The notes under the pieces were generated by a model. It was not told the origin of the DNA. It was given only the letters and a program-made list of their open reading frames with translations, and did not search any database. A stretch of DNA of 64,000 nt from the NCBI GenBank assembly GCA_963743865.1, contig CAVURG010000006.1:320107-384106 (forward strand). Reading direction: 5' to 3'. Every line of letters begins with the position of its first letter. Position 1 is the first letter of the stretch. This DNA comes from an uncultured delta proteobacterium (GTDB lineage: Bacteria > Desulfobacterota > Binatia > Binatales > Binataceae). A program made the translations under genes and the position numbers. This document shows positions 1-10,093 of the stretch, one piece after another.

Positions 1-948
1 GGGAAGTATTCCGTGGCCGAGATTGAAGATATGTCCGGGGCGTCCGCCCGCCTGATCGAGAATCGCGCGGGCGCGTGTGCGGATTTCGGAAACGTCGGCG
101 AACAGCGCGATCGGATCGAGATTGCCCTGCACCGCCACGCTGTAATTGAGCCGCGCCCACGCCTCGGCCAGATCGACGCGCCAATCCAGGCCGATAACGT
201 CGCCGCCCGCCTCGCGCATCAGCTCGAGCAGGTTTCCGGTCACGGTCCCGAAGTGGATTACGGGCACGTCGGCGGGAATCGCCGCGATCACCGACGCGGT
301 ATGCGGCAGCACGAAGCGGCGATAGTCGTCCGGGCCAAGGCTGCCGACCCAGCTGTCGAAAATCTGGACGATGTCGGCGCCCGCCGCGATTTGCATCTTC
401 AGATAATCCGCCGTGGTGCGCGCCAGCCGCTCCATCAGGCGATGCCACGTTTCGGGCTGCATGTACATGAAAGTTTTGGTCGCCTGGTATTGCCGCGACG
501 AGCCGCCTTCGATCAGGTACGACGCGAGCGTGAACGGCGCCCCGGCAAATCCTATCAGCGGAGTCGTCGCGCCGATCGCGCGATGCACCAGCTTGATCGC
601 GTCGCCAACGAAGCCGAGCGCCGCCACGTCGACGGCGGGAATCCGCTCGAGGTCGGCCTCGGTGCGAATCGGGCGATCGATCACCGGCCCGTCGCCTTTT
701 TCGAAATGCAGCCCGACTTCCATCGGGATCAGTGGCAGCAGGATGTCGGCGAAAATGATCGCCGCATCCACCTTGAGCCGCTCGACCGCCGTGACGGTGA
801 CTTCGGCGGCCAACTCGGGCCGCTTGCACATCTCGAGAAAACCATGTCGCTCGCGAACGCGCCGATACTCCGGCATGTAGCGGCCCGCCTGGCGCATCAG
901 CCAGATAGGAGTGTAGGGGGCGGCTTCGCGCCGGCACGCCTTGAGCAT
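1..948 (-). CDS. hemE: uroporphyrinogen decarboxylase (partial; 3' end runs off the window)
   Basis: Absent from the ORF track because it is open-ended. My minus-strand translation from the ATG at 948 gives MLKACRREAAPYTPIWLMRQAGRYMPEYRRVRERHG, a typical HemE N-terminus. It lies directly downstream of hemD. Confidence 0.85.
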   Translation of the reverse strand, partial: MLKACRREAAPYTPIWLMRQAGRYMPEYRRVRERHGFLEMCKRPELAAEVTVTAVERLKVDAAIIFADILLPLIPMEVGLHFEKGDGPVIDRPIRTEADLERIPAVDVAALGFVGDAIKLVHRAIGATTPLIGFAGAPFTLASYLIEGGSSRQYQATKTFMYMQPETWHRLMERLARTTADYLKMQIAAGADIVQIFDSWVGSLGPDDYRRFVLPHTASVIAAIPADVPVIHFGTVTGNLLELMREAGGDVIGLDWRVDLAEAWARLNYSVAVQGNLDPIALFADVSEIRTRARAILDQAGGRPGHIFNLGHGILP

Positions 949-1022
949 CGGATGGTCGGCGAGCGGAGATCGCGGCGCGTTCGAAGTCGTCCGCGCGCCG
1001 CGAATTCGGCGCCGCGCCCGGT

Positions 1023-1913
1023 TCAATCCGATGCGGTGTCGGCGCGGTTCGCGATCAGAATCGAAGCCGCCTGCGCCGCCGCCGCTTTAACCAGATGGCC
1101 GAGCTTCGAATGCTCCGGCTCGAAGTCCACGCGCAGCCCGTAGGCGCGAATCTGCTCCGAGCATACCGGCCCGATCGAGCCAACCGCCATGCGCGCCAAT
1201 CCGCGCCTGACGCCGTCGCCGATTCCCTCGGCCTCGGCGAGCTGAATGACGTTCGTGACCTGGTTCGAGCTGGTGAAAATAGCCACGTCCGCCGCGCCCG
1301 CCGCGATCGCGTTCAACGCCGCCCGCAGCGGCGCGCGATCGGCCGGCAGCGTCCATCGATAGACCGGAACAATCGTGACCCGGGCGCCGCGCGCCTCGAG
1401 CCCCGCGGTCAGCTCGTGATTGGAAACTCCGTATTCCTGGATCGCGACGCGCTTGCCCTTGAGTTCGACCTGCGACGCGAGCGCGCTCAGCACTTCGCGC
1501 CAGGTATTCGGCTCCGGCACGACTATCGACGGTTCGACCCCAAGATCGCGCATCGCGCGAATCGCTTTCGGGCCGCGCGCCACGGTTGCGATTGCGGCCA
1601 GCGCCGCCACTATCGACGCCCGCTGATGGCGCGTTTCCATCGCCTGGAACAGCGCGCGCGTCCCGACGCCGGTCATAAAAATGACCACCTCGAATTCGCT
1701 TTCGCCGGCCAGCAGGCGATCGGCGAAATCCAGCGCCGCGTGATTGTCCTCGAGCGGCACCTCGCGCATCGCCGGCGCGATTATCGCGACGCCGCCGCGC
1801 CGCTCGATCATCGTCGCCACCTCCGCCGCCATGCGGCTCTCGAACGCGACGACGCGAAGTCCGCCGAAGCCAGGCGTGCTGTCCGAGGAATTGGATTGCG
1901 TCTCTGAGTTCAT
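1023..1913 (-). CDS. hemD: uroporphyrinogen-III synthase
   Basis: Track ORF 1023..1973. It shows a HemD-like two-lobe pattern (VVAFESRMA..., VIFMTGVG, VAIQEYG, VAIFTSSNQV) and sits just upstream of hemE. I prefer the internal ATG at 1913 (MNSETQ). Confidence 0.75.
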   Translation of the reverse strand: MNSETQSNSSDSTPGFGGLRVVAFESRMAAEVATMIERRGGVAIIAPAMREVPLEDNHAALDFADRLLAGESEFEVVIFMTGVGTRALFQAMETRHQRASIVAALAAIATVARGPKAIRAMRDLGVEPSIVVPEPNTWREVLSALASQVELKGKRVAIQEYGVSNHELTAGLEARGARVTIVPVYRWTLPADRAPLRAALNAIAAGAADVAIFTSSNQVTNVIQLAEAEGIGDGVRRGLARMAVGSIGPVCSEQIRAYGLRVDFEPEHSKLGHLVKAAAAQAASILIANRADTASD

Positions 1914-2147
1914 CTGAAGCCGGCGGTGTCTCGAGGATTGGATTGCGTTTCCGGGTTCATCGCGAGCGGCCACGCCGCGTCGTTAATCTTGCCGCGCGCA
2001 CGATGCCCGCGTCCACTCCCCCGGCCCCCGCCTTTGCGCTATGCGGGGCGCGCACGACCGGCGGCAGAAACCGCATTGCCCGTTTTGCAACCGGTGTGTT
2101 AGCTGTCGGCTGTGGCAGATGAATCAAACGTTACGCGGAGAATCGAG

Positions 2148-3021
2148 ATGACTATGAGAATGCGGATTGGAGCCTGCCGGTTGGTCCTGTCAACGATGGC
2201 CGCATTCGCCGCAGTCGCGTGGATCTCGCCGCCAGCGCGCGCGCAGAATGCCCCGGCTGGTGCGAGCGTGGCTGAAAGCGCCCCGATTCCCGCCTCGCAG
2301 ATCCCCAAGGAAATTACCGGCGCGATCAACTCGCCCGATCGGCCGGCCGCGGACAAGGCGCTCGACGCAGGCCGCAGGCCCGATCAGATCATGGCGTTTT
2401 ACGGAATCAAGCCCGGGATGAAGATCGCCGACATATTCGCGGGCGGCGGGTACATGACCGAGCTGTATGCGCGAATTGTCGGATCGACCGGTACGGTTTA
2501 CTCGCAGAACGGTCCGTTCCCTGTGCAGTTCAAGAAAACCGAAGATATCTGGAACGCAACGGCTCAAGGAGCCGGCGCTCAAGAACGTCGTCAAGGTCAG
2601 CAAACCCTTCGATGCGCCCGACCTGTTGCCGGTGCCGCCGGGCTCGCTCGACGCCGTAATCATCCATCTCAACTACCACGACATGGTCGGCTTCAAGCTC
2701 AATCGCGAGAACGTGAACGCGGCGGTGTTCAACGCGCTCAAGCCGGGCGGGATTTACGGGATCGTCGATCACAGCGCGCAGCCGGGCGCCAAGGATACGG
2801 TGACCACCACGCTCCACCGAATCGACGAGAATTTTCTAATCAAGGATGTGGAGAAGGCGGGCTTCAGGCTGTCCGGAGCGTCGAGCGCGCTGCGCCACCC
2901 TGAAGACGATCGCACCTGGATAATGTTCAAGTATCGCGGTCAGACCGATCGCTTCATGCTCAAGTTCACGAAGCGGCCGGCAATCGCGGCGGGCGCAGAT
3001 GGTTCGGGGTTGGGCAAATGA
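2148..3021 (+). CDS. secreted class I SAM-dependent methyltransferase (frameshifted as assembled)
   Basis: Signal peptide (AAVAWISPPARAQ) followed by MTase motifs (KIADIFAGGGYMTELYARIVG; LKPGGIYGIVDH). Track ORFs 2112..2903 and 2467..3021 join if one extra C near 2557 is removed (EDIWN|ERLKEPALKNV). Confidence 0.7.
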
Positions 3022-3901
3022 AAGTCGGCCTGTTCGCGCTGGGAATCGGCACGGGCGCGCGTCCCGGCGTGATCGCGAAGACGGCCGAGGCCGCCGAGCG
3101 TTGTGGAGTTTCAACGCTATGGGCGGCGGAGCACGTCGTGCTTTTCGACCGCCAGGATTCCAGGTATCCCTACGCGGACAGTGGCGTGTTCCCCCTGCCG
3201 GGCGGTGCGGACTGGCTCGATCCATTTATTACGCTGACGTTTGCGGCTGCGGTGACCAGAACGATTCGGCTGGCGACGGGAATCTGCCTGGTGCCGGAGC
3301 ACAACCCCGTCGTGCTGGCCAAGGAAGTCGCGAGCCTGGACCGGCTCTCCAAGGGACGATTCGCGCTGGGGGTGGGGATCGGATGGTCAGCCGAGGAATT
3401 TGCGGCGCTGGGAATTCCGTTCGAGCGGCGCGCGCAGCGGACGCGTGAGTACATCGAAGTGATGCGGCGCTGTGGTCCGAGGAGGTGACGACGTTCCACG
3501 GCGAATTCGTGAATTTTGACGCGGCGAGAAGTTTTCCAAAGCCGGTGCGCGGCGGAAAGCTGCCGATAATCTTCGGCGGCGAAAGCGCGCCCGCGTTGAA
3601 ACGCTCGGCAGACATCGGCAACGGATGGTTCGGCTTCAGCGTTGGACCGGACGAGGCGGCGCCGCTGGCGGACAAGCTTCGCGCGATGCTGAAAGCCAAC
3701 GGACGCGACCCGAGTGAAGTCGAAATCATGGTGTGCCCGTACACCAAGCAGATCACCTCCGACGATTTGAAGAAGTACGGCGCGGCCGGCGTCAACGAAC
3801 TGGTGATACCCGCCTATCCGCCCAACGACGAGTCGGATATCGGCCGATGGGTCGAGCAGATCGCGCGCGACTGGATCGAACCCGCCGCAAAAATCCGCTA
3901 G
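3018..3901 (+). CDS. luciferase-like (LLM class) flavin/F420-dependent oxidoreductase (frameshifted as assembled)
   Basis: Track ORFs 3018..3488 and 3485..3901 together give a complete LLM protein (LWAAEHV..., GRFALGVGIGW, then EEVTTFHGEFVNF). A 1-nt deletion near 3470 is implied (EVMRR-LWSEEV). The ATG overlaps the upstream stop (ATGA). Confidence 0.75.
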
Positions 3902-3902
3902 C

Positions 3903-4067
3903 GCCTAGCAGGGTGTTGAAAAACTCGTATCAAAGGGCAGGTCGGGTCTCGCACCATTCAACACCCTGCATAAAAACTGTCCTCTTACCTACAACATCTC
4001 CCCCTTTGGGGGAGACACGAGAGAGGGAGCAGGCGTTGAAAATTACTTTTTCAACAGCCTGCTAGGC
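3903..4067. repeat. composite hairpin element filling a convergent intergenic gap
   Basis: Outer inverted repeat: gcctagcagggtgttgaaaaa (3903-3923) pairs with tttttcaacagcctgctaggc (4047-4067). Inner 13/13 stem: gcagggtgttgaa (3909) with ttcaacaccctgc (3957). Central hairpin tctccccctttgggggaga (3997-4015). A further stem lies at 4029-4061. Confidence 0.8.
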
Positions 4068-4985
4068 CGCGGACAGGACCTCGCGCACCTTGCTGAGATC
4101 CAGAGCGATCTGCGCCTTGAGCGCATCGGCGTTGTCGAACTTGCGCTCGGCGCGGATTCGTTCGACCAGTTCGAGCTTGATTCGCGCCCCGTAGATGTCG
4201 CGCGTGAAGTCGAAGATATGCGCCTCGATCGATCGCTCGCTCTCCGAAAATGTCGGACGCATCCCGATGTTGGCGATCGCCGGGTAGGCGCCGTCGTCGA
4301 GGATGACGCGGGCGGCGTAAACGCCGTCGGGCGGGATGCATTCTGTCTCGCTGGCGAGATTCGCCGTCGGAAATCCGATTGTCCGTCCGCGCTCGCGTCC
4401 GCGGACCACGCGCCCGCGTAAAAAGTGGTAACGGCCCAGCAGCCTGGCGGCGCCGCGCAGGTCGCCGGCCGCGATCGCCTCGCGCACCTTGGTTGAACTG
4501 ACTTCGATGCCGCCGATTTTGATCGGTCCGACCACCTCCGTATCGAAACCGAATTCGCGACCGAGTTCGACCATCATGGCCGCGTTGCCCGCGCGATTGT
4601 GGCCGAAGCTTACGCTGTGCCCGACGACCACTTCGTGCACGCCGATCTTTGCGCGCAGGTAGTCGCGCACGAAATCGCGCGGCGAGAGCAGGCTCAGCTC
4701 GCGCGTGAAATCGAGCACGATCACGCCGTCGGTGCCCGACAGCCGCAGCATTTCGAGTTTGTCATCCGGGGTCAGGATCAACCGCGGCGCGCGCGCCGGC
4801 GCCAGCAGTTTGGCCGGCAGCGGATCGAAGGTGAGCGCGAACGCGGTGCCGCCGGCCGCGCGCGCGTGATCGATCGCGGCCTTCAAGATCGCGCGATGGC
4901 CGAGGTGGACGCCGTCGAAATTACCGATCGCGGTGACCGGGTAGGGATGGCGCGCGAGCGCTCCGAGGTCGCGAATTATTTCCAT
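4062..4985 (-). CDS. ribF: bifunctional riboflavin kinase / FAD synthetase
   Basis: 307-aa ORF. The N-terminal FMN adenylyltransferase motif is AIGNFDGVHLGHRAIL, and the C-terminal riboflavin kinase part is GFPTANL...IEAHIFDF. Confidence 0.9.
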   Translation of the reverse strand: MEIIRDLGALARHPYPVTAIGNFDGVHLGHRAILKAAIDHARAAGGTAFALTFDPLPAKLLAPARAPRLILTPDDKLEMLRLSGTDGVIVLDFTRELSLLSPRDFVRDYLRAKIGVHEVVVGHSVSFGHNRAGNAAMMVELGREFGFDTEVVGPIKIGGIEVSSTKVREAIAAGDLRGAARLLGRYHFLRGRVVRGRERGRTIGFPTANLASETECIPPDGVYAARVILDDGAYPAIANIGMRPTFSESERSIEAHIFDFTRDIYGARIKLELVERIRAERKFDNADALKAQIALDLSKVREVLSAA

Positions 4986-5009
4986 TCAATCGTGCGCGAA
5001 GGCGCCGCT

Positions 5010-5878
5010 TTAATCGCTCGCGAGGTCTTTCATCATCGTGTCCGCGGCCGTCGCTTCCGGCGTTCCGGCGTGATCGGCGACCAGTTTCTGCAGGGTCAGG
5101 CGCGCGTCGATTCGATCGTTGAGCTTGACGAATGCCTGCGCCTCGCGCAGCAAGGCGGCGCTGGCATATTTGCCCTTGGGAAAACGCATCACGAGATCGT
5201 TGAATTGCAAAATCGCCTGGTCGTAACCGCCGGTTTCAAACAGCGCGTTGGCGGCAAAGTATTCGGCCGGCTCGCTCAGCGGCGATTTCGGGTACGCATG
5301 CTGCAGCTTGGTGAACCTGGTAACCGCGAGCGGATACTTGGCCGCCTTCATCGCGTCGAGGCCTTCGCGATAGATCTTCACGCCCGGCTCGTTCGAAGTC
5401 TCGGCGTCCGCAATTTCCTGATCGAGTTCGCTCGGCCAGGTCGCAGCGATCGCGGCGGGCGTGACGGGCGCAGCCGGCTCCGCCCGGCGGCGCCTCCGCC
5501 GACGCCACTCCCGGCGCGGGCGCCGCGCCGACGGAGTCTGCCGGCGCGCCGGGGAGAGGAGCCGCGCCGGGCGTCGCCGCCATCCCGGCCTGCAATGCTT
5601 TCACTTCGGCCTCGAGGCTCGCGACTCGATCGTTCATCGACGAGGCGTTGCCGCCAGCGCCGGCGGCGCCGTGCTTGAGTCTCCTCGATCTGATCGTTCT
5701 GACGTTGAATCTGCTGCTTGAGGGAGTTGATTTGCTGGCGGTCGCTCGCGATCATCCCGCGCAGCGTGAACTCGTTTTGATTGAGCTGCTGCATGTCGCC
5801 TTGCTCGGCGCATCCCGCCAGCGCGAATGCCGCGGCAAGGGCGGCGATGGCGCCGATCGTCCAGTTCGTTTTTCGCAC
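5010..5878 (-). CDS. cpoB: Tol-Pal system protein CpoB/YbgF (two frameshifts as assembled)
   Basis: Lipoprotein-like signal peptide plus coiled coil (QQINSLKQQIQRQNDQIEE) in ORF 5378..5878. The middle part (MNDRVASLEAEVKALQ) is in ORF 5236..5637, and the TPR C-terminus (KIYREGLDAMKAAKYPLAV) is in ORF 5010..5381. Breaks lie near 5680 and 5483. It is the last gene of the tol-pal cluster. Confidence 0.75.
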
Positions 5879-5889
5879 GCTTCTAATCC

Positions 5890-6414
5890 TTATTCGCTTA
5901 CCGCAAAGTGATCGCGCCGGTTCTGCGACCAGCAGCTTTCGTCATGCTCGGTGCAAAGCGGAAGCTCCTTGCCGTAGCTGATCGTCGAGATCCGGCTGCC
6001 GCCGATTCCCAGCGTCACCAGGTAATCCTTGGCGGCCTGCGCGCGCTTGGCGCCCAGCGCGATATTGTATTCCTCGGAGCCGCGCTCATCGCAATGACCC
6101 TCGACCTGGACCCGCGTCTGCGGATGCGCTTGCAGCCAGCTCGCATTGGATTTCAGCACCGAGCCGTCCTGCTCTTGAATCGTGTACTCATTGTACGCGA
6201 AGTGAATGTCGCTGAGCGGACCTTGCGCGCCGAATTTTCCGTTCTTCCAGTCCTCGAGCGAGTTGCCGCCGCTCTTGCCAACCCCATTTTCACCAAGTTG
6301 ACTTCCATTGGGATTGTTTTCGCCGCCAGTTATCGGCGCCGGCTTCTTCGACGAGCATGCGGCCAGCGCCAGCATCATCGCAACACCCACGATCGCAACA
6401 GCCCTGGCGATCAT
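5890..6414 (-). CDS. pal: peptidoglycan-associated lipoprotein Pal (OmpA-like)
   Basis: Lipobox LALAAC followed by an OmpA C-terminal domain (IHFAYNEYTI...VEGHCDERGSEEYNIALGAKRA). I prefer the start at the MIARAV methionine (6414), which avoids overlap with tolB. Confidence 0.9.
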   Translation of the reverse strand: MIARAVAIVGVAMMLALAACSSKKPAPITGGENNPNGSQLGENGVGKSGGNSLEDWKNGKFGAQGPLSDIHFAYNEYTIQEQDGSVLKSNASWLQAHPQTRVQVEGHCDERGSEEYNIALGAKRAQAAKDYLVTLGIGGSRISTISYGKELPLCTEHDESCWSQNRRDHFAVSE

Positions 6415-6421
6415 CGAACGA

Positions 6422-7762
6422 CTAGTCACCCAACCACCCCGACCACGCTGGACAGGAATCATTACCATTACCCTCCGTCAAAGCGGAAATAATTTTCCGG
6501 TTGCCGACCATCACTATATAGATTCGCGAGTTGTGGCCGCGCGTCGAGCTGAACGCGAGATAGCGTCCGTCGGGCGACCAGCTCGGATACTCGTTGGAGC
6601 CGTTGCCGTCTGTCACTTGCACGGGTTCGCCGCCGCCGGCCGGAATCGTCCAGATGTCGAAACGTCCGTTGTTGCGGCTCTGATATGCGAGCTTGTCGCC
6701 CTTGGGCGAAAACGCCGGCGTGGTGTTGTAATCGCCGCTATAGGTCAGTCGTTTCGGCGCGCCGCCGGCCAGGCTCATCACGTAAATTTGCGGCGAGCCC
6801 GAGCGATCCGAGGTGAACGCAAGCGTGCCGCCGTCGGGGGAAATCGCGGGACTGACGTTGATTCCGTTGGTGTCGGTGAGCTGGCGAATTTCGGCGCCCT
6901 CGCGCGTGATCAGATACAGATTGGTGGTGCCGTCGCGCTCGATCGCGGCGACGATTTGCTCGCCGTCGGGCGAGATCGTTCCGCCGATCACGCGGCCGCG
7001 CGGGCTGTCGAGCTTGGTTTCGCGCTGCTCCTTGAGATCGGCCAGATAAAGCGCCGGCGCCATGCTCTTGTACGAGAGATAGAGCACGTAGCGCGCGCTG
7101 CGATCGAAACTCGGGAACAGGTTGATGGTCGGATTGTCGGTCAGCTTGAACAGGTCCTGGCCGTCGATCGACTGCGTATAAATTTCCTTGAAGCGGCCGC
7201 CGCGGGTCGAGACGAAGGCGAGCTTGGAATCGAACGGACCGCGCTGCCCGGTCGCAGCTTCAAGGATCGCGTCGGCGAATCGGCGCGCCATCCGCGGCAC
7301 GTCGCCCGCGTCGCCGTTGTAACTCTTGCCCATCATGCGCCGCTGCTGCGCCACGTCGTAGAGAAAAGCCGTCAGCTTCACGCCCGCGCCGCTGGCAGAG
7401 ACCGAACCCTTGACCACAAAGTCGGCGTTGATCGATCGCCAGTCGGCGAAATTGAACTGGCCGAGCTCGAAGCCCGACGCTTGCGGGTCCTCGATGTACG
7501 CGTGCGGATCGATAATTCTGAAATAACCCGAAAGCTCGAGGTCGCGCCGCAGCGTGCCGACAAACGCGCTGCCGGTGCGATGGTCGTCGTCGCCGCCGAG
7601 ATTCTTCAGCCCCGACACCGCGATTGCCGAGAGCTGCGAGCCGGGTCCCGCGATCGTAATTGTGATCGGCCCTGCGCCAGCGGGCTGCGCGACGGCCCGG
7701 CCCGCCGTCGCCGCCAGAACAATCGCGCACGCAACCGCGCAAGCTTGAATTATCCGCTTCAT
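6422..7762 (-). CDS. tolB: Tol-Pal system beta-propeller protein TolB
   Basis: Signal peptide, TolB N-domain and repeated propeller blades (SPDGxxLAF / SPxGxxxAY motifs). It lies between tolA and pal. Confidence 0.9.
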   Translation of the reverse strand: MKRIIQACAVACAIVLAATAGRAVAQPAGAGPITITIAGPGSQLSAIAVSGLKNLGGDDDHRTGSAFVGTLRRDLELSGYFRIIDPHAYIEDPQASGFELGQFNFADWRSINADFVVKGSVSASGAGVKLTAFLYDVAQQRRMMGKSYNGDAGDVPRMARRFADAILEAATGQRGPFDSKLAFVSTRGGRFKEIYTQSIDGQDLFKLTDNPTINLFPSFDRSARYVLYLSYKSMAPALYLADLKEQRETKLDSPRGRVIGGTISPDGEQIVAAIERDGTTNLYLITREGAEIRQLTDTNGINVSPAISPDGGTLAFTSDRSGSPQIYVMSLAGGAPKRLTYSGDYNTTPAFSPKGDKLAYQSRNNGRFDIWTIPAGGGEPVQVTDGNGSNEYPSWSPDGRYLAFSSTRGHNSRIYIVMVGNRKIISALTEGNGNDSCPAWSGWLGD

Positions 7763-7825
7763 GTTTTGACACTGAAAAAACAAACACTGATAAAGTTCAT
7801 CCGCACCTCCTGCAGCATCACATCC

Positions 7826-8911
7826 TCAGGACTTGAGTTCGCCGAGTTGAAACAAGGCTTTGATCCCGGAAGAAAACTGGTCGCGAAACTTTTCCGGCGG
7901 CGCGGGAAACGGCGCCGCCCGGCGAATCGCGCGAATCACGGAATCATCGAACGCCGAGTCGTTCGAACTCGTGCCTATCTTCACCGCGGTCAGCGCACCG
8001 TCGGGGCCGATCGCGAAATCGACGGTCGCGGTCAGATCGTTCGATCCGCCGGTAAACGTCCACGACTTTTTGATCTGTTCCTGCACGGTCTTATAGTACA
8101 GGATAAATTCCGGGTCCTGTAGAATCCCGACGCTGCCCTTGCCGGCGCCGACTCCGTAGCCCGCTCCTTCGCTCGCCCGGCTTGCGACGACGGGTCCTCC
8201 TCCCGCCGGACCGCTTGGGATCGGCCTCGGCCGCGTCGGATTCGTCGCCATCTTCATCTTCAGGCGGGTTCTTCGCCAGCTCCTCGACGTGCTCCGCGAG
8301 CAAGCTGGCGCCTCAGTTTCGCAAATCTGCTGCGCGACGCTTGGCGTCGATCCGATCTTTGCCTTTGCTGCCGTCGATTCAGGCTTGGGCCGATTGCGCG
8401 ACGCCTTGTCGGGCGTGGGCCTTGGCTTCGCGTGCTTGGTTGGCTCCGGAGTGGGCTGCGGCGTTGGCGCAATCGTCGGCGCGGTCGTGGGCTCGACAGT
8501 GGGCTCCGCCGTCGCTTCGACAGTTGGCTCGGGCGTGGGGGTCGCGGTCGGAGCGTCGGTCGCCTTCGCATTTATCTTGAGCGCGTTCTTATCGTCGTTG
8601 AGCGCGAGTTCGGTTTTGGGCGGCTCGGTCTTGATCTTCGATTCTTCGGGCTTGGGCGCCGCCTCCCTGGCTTCATCCGCCCGGCGCCGATTGATGCGCG
8701 GCAGATGGGTTCCGAGGTCGCCGGCCGGAATGTTATCGACGATTTTCACCGTGTATGCGGGCGGCGCGGCTTCTTCGGGATGCAAAAAGCGCGGCGCGAT
8801 GAAGAACACCGTCGCGAACAGCGCAGCGTGCCCGAGCGCGGAGATCAGGATCGCCGCGAAATATCCGATTCGCGACGGCTGCTCGTCACCGTTATGGTCC
8901 CGCGATGCCAC
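7826..8911 (-). CDS. tolA: TolA / TonB-C family energy-transducing protein
   Basis: N-terminal TM helix (IGYFAAILISALGHAALFATVFFI), a Pro/Thr/Glu-rich linker, and a C-terminal TonB_C-like domain (YYKTVQEQIKKSWTF...IRAIRRAAPFPAPP). It occupies the tolA position in the tol operon. The middle (about 8200-8340) may hide compensating indels. Confidence 0.75.
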   Translation of the reverse strand: MASRDHNGDEQPSRIGYFAAILISALGHAALFATVFFIAPRFLHPEEAAPPAYTVKIVDNIPAGDLGTHLPRINRRRADEAREAAPKPEESKIKTEPPKTELALNDDKNALKINAKATDAPTATPTPEPTVEATAEPTVEPTTAPTIAPTPQPTPEPTKHAKPRPTPDKASRNRPKPESTAAKAKIGSTPSVAQQICETEAPACSRSTSRSWRRTRLKMKMATNPTRPRPIPSGPAGGGPVVASRASEGAGYGVGAGKGSVGILQDPEFILYYKTVQEQIKKSWTFTGGSNDLTATVDFAIGPDGALTAVKIGTSSNDSAFDDSVIRAIRRAAPFPAPPEKFRDQFSSGIKALFQLGELKS

Positions 8912-9357
8912 GCTCAGCGCTCACTTCGCGCCCGCGCCGGTGCCGCTGCGCCGCCGGCATCTCCGTCACCATCCCGACGTTTTCGATTCCCGCGGCCTTG
9001 ATCGCCGCCATCGTGCGAATCACCTCGCCGTACGGCACCTGGTCGTCGGCGCGGATGAAAACCTGGCGGTCGGGACGCTCGCTGCGCAATCGCCTTCAGC
9101 TTGCCGGTCAAGTCGTCCGCCGAGAGCTTCGCGTCGTTTAGATAAATCTGGCTGTCGCGCGTGATCGACACGACGAACTGCTCTTCCTTGCCGGGCAGCG
9201 CCTCGGCCTTGACGTTGGGCAGCGTGACCTCGACGCCCTGCTGAATAATCGGCGCGGTGACCATGAAGATGACCAGCAGCACCAGCATCACGTCCACCAG
9301 CGGCGTGACGTTGATCTGCGAAACCATCTGCCCGCGCTGTCCTGGATCGAATGCCAT
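8892..9357 (-). CDS. tolR: biopolymer transport protein TolR/ExbD (frameshifted as assembled)
   Basis: MAFDPGQRGQMVSQINVTPLVDVMLVLLVIFMVTAP... continues in ORF 8892..9089 as ...RQVFIRADDQVPYGEVIRTMAAIKAAGIENVGMV. One extra nucleotide lies near 9084. The exact 3' end (8892 or 8914) is uncertain. Confidence 0.8.
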
Positions 9358-9371
9358 CTGCGATGATCCGC

Positions 9372-10086
9372 CTACGAAAGGAAATGACGCTCGGCGATGT
9401 TCAAAAATTCGGACGGTGAAATTATCCATCTCGGTCGCCAGCACTCGCACCCGCGCGATGAAGTAGTTGTAGAACATCTGCGCCGGGATCGCCGCGACCA
9501 GGCCGACCGCGGTCGTGATCAGCGCCTCGGCGATTCCGGGCGCGACCGCCTGGATACTCGACGTATGAGACGCCGACAGGCCCAGGAACGCCGTCATGAT
9601 TCCCCACACCGTGCCGAACAGTCCGATGAACGGGCACGACGATCCGGTGGTGGCCAGGAACGTGATGCCGGATTCGAGCTTGGTCAGCTCGACGTTTTCC
9701 TGGCGCTTCATCGCGCGCATCACGTTGGCGATTCCGCCGAGATCGGTCGAGAAGCCGCCTTCCGCTCCGACCGCCTGGCGCTTGGCGCGGGTAAGTTGCA
9801 GCAGCTCCTGGTAGCCGGCGCGAAAAACCTGCGCGACCGGGCTGCGCTTGAGCCCGACGCTGGCGGTGTGAATCGCGGCGAGGTTCTTCGATTCCCAGAA
9901 GATCGCGATGAAGCGTTCGGACTGGCGCCGCGCGCGCGAAATCTGAATCAGTTTGTAAAGGATGATCCCCCAACTGCCGACCGAAAAGGCCACCAGCAGC
10001 CACAACACGACTGCCACCACCGGGCCCGTGCCCAGCACCAGTTCCACCACACCCAACCCGCCTGCACCACTCACCTGATGGAGCAT
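9372..10086 (-). CDS. tolQ: MotA/TolQ/ExbB proton channel protein TolQ (frameshifted as assembled)
   Basis: TolQ motifs are present (FLATTGSSCPFIGLFGTVWGIM, GIAEALITTAVGL). Removing one C near 9411 restores the usual C-terminus DNFTVEFLNIAERHFLS* with a stop at 9372-9374. Gene length 715 nt (1 mod 3) agrees. The track ORF 8914..10086 is an artificial tolQ-tolR fusion. Confidence 0.85.
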
Positions 10087-10093
10087 AATACCG

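Noticed and set aside
13-1143. 376-aa plus-strand ORF at the window start.
   Set aside because: It is the antisense shadow of hemE. The minus strand gives a textbook HemE N-terminus, while the plus-strand product is Arg/Ala-rich low-complexity sequence typical of high-GC antisense frames.
6308-8122. 604-aa plus-strand ORF across tolB/tolA. Similar long ORFs are 5908..6492, 8289..9164, 9397..10122, 15256..16035, 23041..24060, 25756..26877, 30721..31794, 31437..32435, 38595..39746, 41448..42260, 44497..45555, 51143..52120, 52093..53157, 54560..55720, 55641..56657, 57298..58146, 58653..59552 and 61571..62653.
   Set aside because: All of them lie antisense to, or out of frame with, genes that carry strong family signatures. 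Their products are Arg/Gly/Ala/Pro-rich with no motifs. This is the expected open-frame artefact of GC-rich DNA.
8200-8340. Possible compensating frameshifts inside tolA. Alternative frames read AKLRRQLA and EHVEELAKNPPEDEDGDESDAAEADPKRSGG, which look more TolA-like than the in-frame CSRSTSRSWRRTRLKMKMATNP.
   Set aside because: The region is low-complexity and not conserved enough for me to place breakpoints, and the single ORF 7826..8911 is uninterrupted. I flag it only as something to re-examine after polishing.
8914-10086. 390-aa ORF that looks like a TolQ-TolR fusion protein.
   Set aside because: Removing one C near 9411 restores the normal TolQ C-terminus and stop (EFLNIAERHFLS*). tolR then starts at its own ATG at 9357. 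The fusion is created by an indel.
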